A stretch of 64,000 bases of DNA from Minisyncoccota bacterium (GTDB lineage Bacteria > Patescibacteriota > Minisyncoccia > Phycocordibacterales > JABMNX01), in the NCBI GenBank assembly GCA_965222715.1, contig OZ244961.1:365458-429457 (forward strand), written 5' to 3'. Positions 18,101 to 26,227 of the stretch are shown piece by piece. Position 1 is the first letter of the stretch; every line of letters starts with the position of its first letter. The position numbers were made by a program, and so were the translations under genes. The notes below the pieces were generated by a model. That model did not search any database and was not told the origin of the DNA. It saw nothing but the letters and a program-made list of their open reading frames with translations.

Positions 18101-20035
18101 ATGACAAAAAACGACACACAACTGTTGGAAGGAATTATAAGCGTCACCAGCCGAGGTATTGGGTATGTAACCGCTGAAGGGTACGAGGAAGATATTGAAA
18201 TACCTGAAGGGCGTCTTAATACCGCTCTGCATCGAGATGTGGTGAGCATCTCACTTCTACCTGAAAAAAGTGAATACGGCCGTGTGCAGGGTGAGGTTGT
18301 TGAAATTATTTCACGAGCAAAAACTCGTTTTGTTGGTACTCTCGAAGAAGAAAGTGGTGTGCGATACCTCAAACCTGACAACTTTCGTTTTTACCCGCGA
18401 ATGCGTGTCACTGAGGGCTCTGAGAATATTGGTGAAAATATAAAAGTACTGGTTGAGCTTACTCGTTGGGAGAACCCAGAGCGAGACCCTGAAGGAAAAG
18501 TTGTTAGCGTTATTGGAGAGAAAGGTGAGCATGAGACCGAGATGCAGGCAATTCTCATTGGGCATGATTTTGATGTGAACTTCCCTCCTGAGGTTGAAGA
18601 AGAAGCAAAAAAAATTGGTGAGCATCGAGACATTACCTCTGAAGAAGTAGCGAAGCGTCGTGATATGCGTGACGTAACTACGTTCACCATTGACCCAGCT
18701 GACGCAAAGGATTTTGATGACGCACTCTCATTTAGAGAAGTTGGTGGAGATCATGTGGAGGTTGGTATTCATATTGCTGATGTGACTCACTACGTTTTAC
18801 CTGGTGGCCCAATTGATACTGAAGCGCAAGAGCGTGGGACTTCAATCTATCTTGTTGACCGCACTATCCCCATGCTTCCTGAAGTACTTTCAAACGATGT
18901 ATGTAGCTTAAACCCAAACGAAGATAAATTAGCCTTTTCTGCAATCTTCACCTTAAGTAAAGATGGTTCTGTGACTGACCGATGGTTTGGGCGTACTGTC
19001 ATTAACTCAGACAAACGTTTTACCTACCAAGAAGCGCAAGACAGGCTCGACACCAAAGAAGGTGAGTTTGCACAAGAGTTGTTAGTACTTGAAGATCTCG
19101 CAAAGAAACTTCGTGCTAAGCGATTCAAAGAAGGTTCAATTGGATTTGAACGTGATGAGGTGAAATTTAAACTTGATGAGCATGGCACACCAATTGATGT
19201 AGTGGCTAAAGAGCGACTTGAGACGATGATGCTTATTGAAGACTTTATGCTTCTTGCTAACCGCGAAGTAGCAAAACATCTCTTTGAATTGTGTGAAGAT
19301 AAGAAGCACGCAAACTCGGTGCTTATCTATCGTATTCATGATGCGCCAGATCCAGATAAAATTGAACAACTTGCAATATTCCTCCGAGCAATTGGTTATG
19401 ACCTTGAGGTGAAAAATGGCGAGGTAAGTTCAAAAGATATTAATAACCTTATTCAAAAAGTAAAAGATACTCCTGAAGAACGCTTGATTACAACCGCAAC
19501 CATTCGCTCAATGGCAAAAGCAGTGTACTCAACAAAAAATATTGGGCACTTCTCTCTTGCTTTTGATTTCTACACTCACTTCACCTCCCCTATTCGCCGC
19601 TACCCTGACATGATGGTGCACCGCATCCTTGCAAGTCATTTAGATGGTTCCCCTATTCCTCCCGAAGAATTACAAACATACAAACGATTGACACTTGAAT
19701 CATCACAAAAAGAGATTGAGGCTTCAGCTGCTGAACGTGAATCGATTAAATACAAACAGGTTGAGTATATGCAAAAACATGTTGGTGAAGAGTTTGATGG
19801 TGTAGTCACCGGTGTTGCTGACTTTGGCGTCTTTGTTGAAGAAGGAAAAACAAAAGCAGAAGGTATGATTCGCATGCGCGACCTTGGAGACGATTATTTC
19901 TCACATGACCCAAAACAGTACGCAGTTATTGGTGAGAGAAACCACAAAAAATACCAACTTGGCGACACACTTCGCGTAAAACTTGTTGAAGCAGATCTTG
20001 ATCAGCGCCAACTCACCTGGGTGCCAGTATCATAA
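18101..20035 (+). CDS. rnr: Ribonuclease R
   Basis: TIDPADAKDFDDA, HFTSPIRRYPD, C-terminal S1 domain. Confidence 0.93.
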   Translation: MTKNDTQLLEGIISVTSRGIGYVTAEGYEEDIEIPEGRLNTALHRDVVSISLLPEKSEYGRVQGEVVEIISRAKTRFVGTLEEESGVRYLKPDNFRFYPRMRVTEGSENIGENIKVLVELTRWENPERDPEGKVVSVIGEKGEHETEMQAILIGHDFDVNFPPEVEEEAKKIGEHRDITSEEVAKRRDMRDVTTFTIDPADAKDFDDALSFREVGGDHVEVGIHIADVTHYVLPGGPIDTEAQERGTSIYLVDRTIPMLPEVLSNDVCSLNPNEDKLAFSAIFTLSKDGSVTDRWFGRTVINSDKRFTYQEAQDRLDTKEGEFAQELLVLEDLAKKLRAKRFKEGSIGFERDEVKFKLDEHGTPIDVVAKERLETMMLIEDFMLLANREVAKHLFELCEDKKHANSVLIYRIHDAPDPDKIEQLAIFLRAIGYDLEVKNGEVSSKDINNLIQKVKDTPEERLITTATIRSMAKAVYSTKNIGHFSLAFDFYTHFTSPIRRYPDMMVHRILASHLDGSPIPPEELQTYKRLTLESSQKEIEASAAERESIKYKQVEYMQKHVGEEFDGVVTGVADFGVFVEEGKTKAEGMIRMRDLGDDYFSHDPKQYAVIGERNHKKYQLGDTLRVKLVEADLDQRQLTWVPVS

Positions 20036-20056
20036 AAAACCCTTTGCTGAAGCCAC

Positions 20057-20088
20057 AATAAACGCCAAAGGTACCTTTGGCGTTTATT
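20057..20088. repeat. Dispersed palindrome family copy 2
   Basis: AATAAACGCCAAAGGT|ACCTTTGGCGTTTATT between convergent genes. Confidence 0.85.
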
Positions 20089-20092
20089 ATTT

Positions 20093-20677
20093 CTAGTTTT
20101 TAATATTTTGTATTATTTCTGGGAAGGTCTCTCCGAGGAAGTGACCACGATCAGTGAATGTTTCTAGTTTGGCCGTTGGTAGTGCCCTTTGATACTCTTC
20201 TGCATCTTTATAAGACACCACGTCGTCATCTTTTGAATGGTAAATATAGATTTCCTCAGCTTGTTCCTCGACTCCTACAATGCTTTTACCAAGATCAAAA
20301 CCAGCCACATACCCAAAACAACCTGAGACAAGATGCAGTTGAGTGACTTTCTTTGGAAAGGTATTTTCTGAAAGATACTTTGCGAGAAAGTTGGCACCAA
20401 GAGAGTGACCAATAAGAATTACTTCTTCAGCAAAAAACTTAAAATGTCGCTCAAACCAGATTTTCCACTCCTCATACCGAGCATCATCTTTAATCGGCAT
20501 ACTTAAGAAAAGTATTTCATAGTCTTCCCCAAGTTCATCTGCTAAGGTGTGCTTCCATCGCTTACTATGCTCCATCCGTGGATCACTCACCTCCATCTCA
20601 TCTCGAATATACGCAACGAACTCATCTCGCGAATTCCACGCTTCACCACCATGTATAAAAATTACCTGTTTTTTCAT
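20093..20677 (-). CDS. RBBP9/YdeN-family alpha/beta hydrolase
   Basis: FIHGG, GHSLG nucleophile elbow, HSKDDDVV, GHF. Confidence 0.85.
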   Translation of the reverse strand: MKKQVIFIHGGEAWNSRDEFVAYIRDEMEVSDPRMEHSKRWKHTLADELGEDYEILFLSMPIKDDARYEEWKIWFERHFKFFAEEVILIGHSLGANFLAKYLSENTFPKKVTQLHLVSGCFGYVAGFDLGKSIVGVEEQAEEIYIYHSKDDDVVSYKDAEEYQRALPTAKLETFTDRGHFLGETFPEIIQNIKN

Positions 20678-20687
20678 ATAGTATATT

Positions 20688-22907
20688 TTACTTCGCAACT
20701 TGAACCGCCTCGTCGAATTTGACTGAAAGGAGTTTTGAGACGCCATCTGAGCCCATGGTAACACCATAAAGAATTCCTGCGACTGACATAGTTTCTCGGT
20801 TATGGGTGATAAGAATAAGCTGTGTCTTTTTAGAGAGGTCTTTAATCATTTCACCGTATTTTCGTGAGTTTGCTTCATCAAGCGCTGCGTCTGTTTCATC
20901 AAGAATTAAGAATGGCGGTGGATTCACCTGGCTCATTGCAAAAAGAAGTGCAATTGAGGTAAGTGCACGCTCTCCTCCTGAGAGCATTTGAAGACCCTTC
21001 ACTTTCTTTCGTGGTAGTGATACAGAAATATCAATACCTGCTTCGGTCTCTTCCTCCTCATCAACCTGCTCTATTCCCTCTTCCTCATCTGAAAATACAC
21101 TCCTCTTTTGAGTCTTCTTTTGTGCAAGCACTGTAAGTGACGCTTCGCCACCACCAAAAAGAATCGAGAAGAAGTGTTGAAATTCTTTGTTAATTTTTGA
21201 AATACCATCGTTAAAACGCTTTGCGAGTTTTTCATCAAGGTCAGCAATAATACCTTTTAGTTTTTCTGCTGATTCTTCAAGATCAGCAATTTCCCGCTCG
21301 AGGAATTCGTCACGTTCACTCGCTTCTTGATACTCTTTGAGAATTTCCTCACTTGAACCACCACCTGCTTCTTCAACACGAATTTTTATCTTTTCAATCT
21401 CACGCTTACGCTTCTCCTGCTCACCCCGTGATTCACCGAGAGCTACTTCTTCAACTACTTCTGCATTTTGATACTGAAGCACCTCTCTTCCAACAAGTAC
21501 CGCACCTTCTTCCATATCTCGTTTAAATTCGTTCTCAATATGCTTAAGCACATCCTCATCTCGCTCAAGGTCGTGCAGCACTGCCTCGACTTTGCTTTTC
21601 TCAGTAGTGATACGAAATACTTCGCGCTCTGCTTCTCGCCCCTCATCTTTAGTTGCATCAATGTCTTCTTGCAGTTGTTTATATCGCTCTGCATAGGTGC
21701 GTTCTTTTTCTTCAATTTCTTTAAATTGCGCATCAAGGGTCATCTTTTCTTTTCGTAGTGTATCAAGGTCTGTGGTGCCAGCTTCCCCCTCATCTTTTCT
21801 ATGTTTGGTAATAAAGGAGGTAATAAGGTTACGTATTTTTTCTAGTTGGGTCTTTAGACCTGAAACTGAATCTGCTTCAACCGCAGCTTCTTTTTCTATA
21901 TCTTTTGCTAACGACTCAAGATCACTAAGAGGGACGGTGTGTGTTGTCACCTTTTTTGCATGTTCTTCTGCAAAGGCAATTTGCCCTTCAAGTCGTCCAA
22001 TTTCTCGAGAAAGCTCGTCTCTTTTAGTACGCACATCTGAGAGATTCTTCTCAGCTTCAAGCACTTCTTTGCCTTTCTCATTATCCTGAGAGGTGCGCGC
22101 AAGTGTCTCTCGAGCATTCTCCAAGTCTCTCACCAACTGCTGAAGTTGTTGCTTTGGTTCTTTACGCCTTGTCTCTATTTCTTCTTTTGCGTGTGTAATA
22201 TAGATTTCTTCACGTTTTAAGTATTCACGTAACAAATCCTTAAGATCGTCACGCATCTGTTTTGTCCTTTCTATTTTATCAACCTGACGTTTTAAGAATT
22301 TGAGGTGCGGCGCAATTTCTTTACGGAGTGAAGTAACATGAGAAATATTTTCATTAGTACGCTCTAGTTTACGTTCACTCTCCTTCTTTTTGTATTGAAA
22401 AATTTTAAGCCCGAGCGCGTCTTCAATCATTTCTCGACGATCTTTGACACTTGCTGAAAGAATTCTATCTGCCTCTCCTTGAGAAATAATATGGTGCCCT
22501 GTTGAGCCAACATTTGCACTTGCAAGAAGTTCAGCAACATCTTTGAGCCGCACTCGAGAACCATTAATTGAGTATTGATTCACCCCATCACGATGTACTT
22601 CACGTTCAATAGACACTTCATCAAAATCAATATCGAACAATCGAGAAGAGTTATCAAAAACCACCTTCACCAAGGCACGGTTTGAGCGCGGCATACTTTG
22701 AGAACCGCCCCAAATAAGATCTTCGCCGCGCTTCGTTCGCATTGATTTAAATGACTGCTCGCCAAGTACAAAACGAAAGGCTTCAGCGGTATTTGATTTA
22801 CCTGAGCCATTTGGTCCAACAATTGCAGTAATAGGAGAAGCGAACTCGAGTTCGCCTTTTTTTGCAAATGATTTAAATCCCGAAAGTTCGAGTGATTTTA
22901 GATACAT
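20688..22907 (-). CDS. smc: Short SMC-family ATPase (739 aa)
   Basis: GFKSF, GPNGSGKSN, LSGGE, ILDETDAALD, ITH; coiled coils; follows rnc. Confidence 0.88.
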   Translation of the reverse strand: MYLKSLELSGFKSFAKKGELEFASPITAIVGPNGSGKSNTAEAFRFVLGEQSFKSMRTKRGEDLIWGGSQSMPRSNRALVKVVFDNSSRLFDIDFDEVSIEREVHRDGVNQYSINGSRVRLKDVAELLASANVGSTGHHIISQGEADRILSASVKDRREMIEDALGLKIFQYKKKESERKLERTNENISHVTSLRKEIAPHLKFLKRQVDKIERTKQMRDDLKDLLREYLKREEIYITHAKEEIETRRKEPKQQLQQLVRDLENARETLARTSQDNEKGKEVLEAEKNLSDVRTKRDELSREIGRLEGQIAFAEEHAKKVTTHTVPLSDLESLAKDIEKEAAVEADSVSGLKTQLEKIRNLITSFITKHRKDEGEAGTTDLDTLRKEKMTLDAQFKEIEEKERTYAERYKQLQEDIDATKDEGREAEREVFRITTEKSKVEAVLHDLERDEDVLKHIENEFKRDMEEGAVLVGREVLQYQNAEVVEEVALGESRGEQEKRKREIEKIKIRVEEAGGGSSEEILKEYQEASERDEFLEREIADLEESAEKLKGIIADLDEKLAKRFNDGISKINKEFQHFFSILFGGGEASLTVLAQKKTQKRSVFSDEEEGIEQVDEEEETEAGIDISVSLPRKKVKGLQMLSGGERALTSIALLFAMSQVNPPPFLILDETDAALDEANSRKYGEMIKDLSKKTQLILITHNRETMSVAGILYGVTMGSDGVSKLLSVKFDEAVQVAK

Positions 22908-22948
22908 CCTCTATAGCTTACCGTTTTTAGGCGTATGCTTCCAGTGTA

Positions 22949-23641
22949 TTACCAGCCTTTTTTCTCAAGTGCTGCTCGAGCAGCTTCTTGTTCTGCTTCT
23001 TGTTTTGCTCGCCCAGTACCACGCGCGACAAGTTCTTTTCCTACATACACACCTACTACGAACGTCTTGTCATGATCTGGTCCCTTCTCATCAATAAGCT
23101 CATAACTTGGGGTGATCCCCGTGTGCTCCTGAGCTTGCTCTTGGAAATTACTTTTTGCGTCCTGCCAGAGACGTTTTTCAATTACCTCATCCATCAAATA
23201 AAACAAATTCTTCGATATAAATTGTGCTGCACTGTCATAGCCCTGATCAAGATAGAGTGCCCCTACAATTGATTCAAAGGTGTTTGCAAGAATATATTGT
23301 CGCGCACGACCTGTGTCTTGCGCTTCGCCTTTTGAAAGTAGTAGGTATTCATTTACCCCAAGTTTATTTGATGCCTCAGAAAGTGTATTGGTATTCACGA
23401 GTGCGGCGCGATACGCAGTTAAATCGCCTTCAGTTTTATCTGGATAAGTGTCAAAAAGAAATCGAGTGACGACAAGCTCAAGCACTGCATCACCAAGAAA
23501 CTCAAGACGCTCGTTGTGTTCAAAACCACTGTCTCGATGCTCGTTAATATATGAACGATGCGTGAAGGCTTGCTGTAAAAGATTGCTGTCTTTGAATGTA
23601 ACACCAATCACTTTTTGAAACTCATGTATGTCTTTTTCCAT
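22949..23641 (-). CDS. rnc: Ribonuclease III
   Basis: HNERLEFLGDAVL and C-terminal dsRBD. Confidence 0.97.
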   Translation of the reverse strand: MEKDIHEFQKVIGVTFKDSNLLQQAFTHRSYINEHRDSGFEHNERLEFLGDAVLELVVTRFLFDTYPDKTEGDLTAYRAALVNTNTLSEASNKLGVNEYLLLSKGEAQDTGRARQYILANTFESIVGALYLDQGYDSAAQFISKNLFYLMDEVIEKRLWQDAKSNFQEQAQEHTGITPSYELIDEKGPDHDKTFVVGVYVGKELVARGTGRAKQEAEQEAARAALEKKGW

Positions 23642-23773
23642 CCCGTTAGTGTTAGGACACCACTATGTTAAATATGGTGTCATTGGTTAAACTTTAAATA
23701 AATATTCACATTATTTCAATGGTTCGAGTCAGTGTCCGACGGCTACCTAAAGGTAGCCTAACACTAACGGGAT
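23640..23773 (-). promoter_or_regulatory. Structured element bounded by a 17-bp inverted repeat in the rnc leader
   Basis: ATCCCGTTAGTGTTAGG (23640-23656) / CCTAACACTAACGGGAT (23757-23773) with internal hairpins. Confidence 0.7.
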
Positions 23774-23779
23774 CCATGA

Positions 23780-24700
23780 TTACTTGTCAGTAGTATCTTT
23801 TTTCACTAGTTGGTTGATTGCAGTAGTGATAATCGGGAGAATATCATCATAAAAATTAAGGTCAAGGATGTCCGAAAGTTTAAACCATTTTGCGTCATCA
23901 AGACCACCTTTGTCCTCAGGAAGAGTGAGATCTTCAAATGGTGCTTTTGCAAGATAATACACTACCTGTTTTCGCACCTTACCCTTCTCCGGTTGGCTGG
24001 CAATATACTCATTGGTGCCAAGTTTTTTCTTCAATTCAACGGATATACCAAGCTCTTCTTTAACCCCACGGGCAATACCCTCTTGAATTTCTTCATTCTC
24101 TTGAATGTGTCCTTTTGAAAGTGTCCAGTGACCAAATACATCATGAACAAGTGCAAGATATATCTCTTCCCCATCTTGTGCGTAGACAACTGCACCACCA
24201 AGTCGTTCAATAGGCATCTCTTCATACGGCACCTCTTTTACCTTTTTCTTTTTTGAGGTTTCGTTCTTACCTGGCTCGCCAAGCTCTTTATACACAGCCC
24301 CGAGTACTCCATTTACAAATCGACCACTATTCTCTCCTCCAAATGTCTTTGCGAGTTCGATTGCTTCATTAATCGCAACCTTTGCTGGCACTTCTTCACG
24401 GTCAGCAAATAAAAGCTCGGCAAGCCCAAGCCGGAGTACATTACGATCAACCACTGAAATTTTCTCAATTGGCCACTCTGGTGCGGCTTTCTCTATGATC
24501 TGGTCGAGCTCATTTCGTTTTGAAAGCACTAAATCAAGAAGTCGTTTAGTGAATGAGGCATCATTTAATCCTGGCGCGAACTCTTCAGTATTTCGTGCAA
24601 GTGCTTCGTCAATATCAGCACTCTTCCCTTTTACATCATCAAAATCAAACTCAAAGAGAGTTTGAAGAACAATACTTCTGGAAAGGTGCCTATTTGCCAT
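23780..24700 (-). CDS. nusB: Transcription antitermination factor NusB fused to a C-terminal Nudix-fold domain
   Basis: RHLSR, DRNVLRLG, AINEAIELAK.FG...FVNGVLG; then KGH...EELGI Nudix-like box. Confidence 0.9.
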   Translation of the reverse strand: MANRHLSRSIVLQTLFEFDFDDVKGKSADIDEALARNTEEFAPGLNDASFTKRLLDLVLSKRNELDQIIEKAAPEWPIEKISVVDRNVLRLGLAELLFADREEVPAKVAINEAIELAKTFGGENSGRFVNGVLGAVYKELGEPGKNETSKKKKVKEVPYEEMPIERLGGAVVYAQDGEEIYLALVHDVFGHWTLSKGHIQENEEIQEGIARGVKEELGISVELKKKLGTNEYIASQPEKGKVRKQVVYYLAKAPFEDLTLPEDKGGLDDAKWFKLSDILDLNFYDDILPIITTAINQLVKKDTTDK

Positions 24701-24749
24701 ATAAAAAGTAAGAAAACGAAAGGAACCAAAAACTCGTTACGGTACGAGT

Positions 24750-25064
24750 TTATTTCTTTGAGAGATTTTCTGGGTCGAGGTTTTGATTCTCTTTTGTCTC
24801 TGCTTGTGTGTCTTCTACCTCTCTTCCTTTCTCCTCGATACCCATTTCCTTGCGCTTTGCTGCCTGCTTTTCAGCTTTTTTCTCAGCGTGTGCCGCAACA
24901 TCAACCACCATTCGGCCCTTGTAGTGACCGCACTCTGGACACATTCGGTGTCGAAGGTGCTTTTCACCACAATGTGAGCACGTCGAAGTACGCGGCTCTT
25001 CGAGTCGCTGGTGGCTCCGACGTTTACCGGTAGCTGAACGGTTGATTCTCATTCGTACAGACAT
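24750..25064 (-). CDS. rpmF: 50S ribosomal protein L32 with C-terminal extension
   Basis: KRRSH, CSHC...HRMCPECGHY.GR. Confidence 0.92.
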   Translation of the reverse strand: MSVRMRINRSATGKRRSHQRLEEPRTSTCSHCGEKHLRHRMCPECGHYKGRMVVDVAAHAEKKAEKQAAKRKEMGIEEKGREVEDTQAETKENQNLDPENLSKK

Positions 25065-25151
25065 TGCTAGATAGTATACAAATAAACGGCAAAAATACAA
25101 GCTTTTTAAAGTTTTTATACTGACGGGTATTTGAGAAAGGTATAGAAAAGT

Positions 25152-25180
25152 AAAAGCGGTGTCGCGCCATGCGACACCGC
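25152..25180 (-). terminator. Terminator of ORF 25205-25471
   Basis: GCGGTGTCGC stem followed by TTTT on the minus strand. Confidence 0.7.
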
Positions 25181-25204
25181 CTCCCCTGTGTGACTCTTGT
25201 CGGG

Positions 25205-25471
25205 TTATGCAGCCCGACGAAACCTTCCGAGTTCCTCGAGTGTGTAGGTTCTAGGCTTGAAGGTCTCGATGAGATCGAGGACCATCCTTGCCTCTTCTTC
25301 AGCATCGGTAAAGCGACGCACAAAATCGTCGCACCGATTAGTCGGCGAGGTGCATCCTTCATTGCAGTTGCTGCAGAGTTTGCAGACAGTGCTTTCAGGA
25401 ACCTCACGACTTCCCTCAGCTGAGAGAATGTCATACATCTCGTCCGATGCTGTTTCTTCTTCACTAAACAC
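25205..25471 (-). CDS. Small Cys-cluster hypothetical protein (88 aa)
   Basis: TTGACG-17-TATAAT promoter (25531-25559), GGGAGGT SD before GTG, terminator; CxxCxxCxxxC-x6-C. Confidence 0.6.
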   Translation of the reverse strand: MFSEEETASDEMYDILSAEGSREVPESTVCKLCSNCNEGCTSPTNRCDDFVRRFTDAEEEARMVLDLIETFKPRTYTLEELGRFRRAA

Positions 25472-25545
25472 GCTTACCTCCCAAGTTTCTGGAAATTGAA
25501 TACAGGTTGTAGAAGAACAACCAAGGAGGGATTATAAAGTACATA

Positions 25546-26148
25546 CTACTTTCCGTCAACAGTAAGGAAGCTCTTCCTGTGAATAGCACACACACCATGC
25601 TGCATAATACGTTCATAATGTTTTTTTGTGCCATACCCCTTATGCGTTTCAAAACCATACTCTGGATACTGCACTCCAAGTTGCACCATTTTTCTATCTC
25701 GAGTTACTTTTGCGGCAATTGAAGCAAGAGCGATAAGAGGCTCTTTCTCGTCTCCTTTAATAATTGTTTTTTGATAGAAAAACTTCTTTGGTGCGTGCAG
25801 CCCTCCATCAAGAAGTAGCTGTGTTTTCTCTGGATTTTTTTGAAGCCGATTCAAGGCGCTGCTGATTGCTCTATGTAGTGCATACATAATTCCCTTACTA
25901 TCAATGATGTCTTGGGAGATGGATGTGGTTGTGTAGGAAATATACGTTGCTTGTTTAATATACCTCAGCCATTCTTCTCGCTTTTTTTCGGAAAGTTGTT
26001 TTGAGTCAGCTAGGTGGCGTGGAATCCTTCTTATATCTTTTCGTGCTACACATACCGCACCCACTGTTACTGGTCCCGCAACAGGACCTCTTCCTACTTC
26101 GTCAATTCCAATAATGTGAGTACAGTTCTTAGAAATTCTTTGTCGCAT
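25546..26148 (-). CDS. rnhB: Ribonuclease HII
   Basis: GIDEVGRGPVAGPV, DSKQL, IKGD, ASIAAKVTRD, HKGYGT. Confidence 0.96.
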   Translation of the reverse strand: MRQRISKNCTHIIGIDEVGRGPVAGPVTVGAVCVARKDIRRIPRHLADSKQLSEKKREEWLRYIKQATYISYTTTSISQDIIDSKGIMYALHRAISSALNRLQKNPEKTQLLLDGGLHAPKKFFYQKTIIKGDEKEPLIALASIAAKVTRDRKMVQLGVQYPEYGFETHKGYGTKKHYERIMQHGVCAIHRKSFLTVDGK

Positions 26149-26227
26149 AGCTGTTATCGTACTTCATAGTATAGCTACTTTTTGGTGGATAACCCACTAA
26201 AAGTGGAGATGCTATACTGGTGACACT

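Noticed and set aside
25024-25499. Overlapping alternative ORFs (146 aa minus; 80-84 aa plus)
   Set aside because: Only 25205-25471 has a properly spaced SD and lies between promoter and terminator
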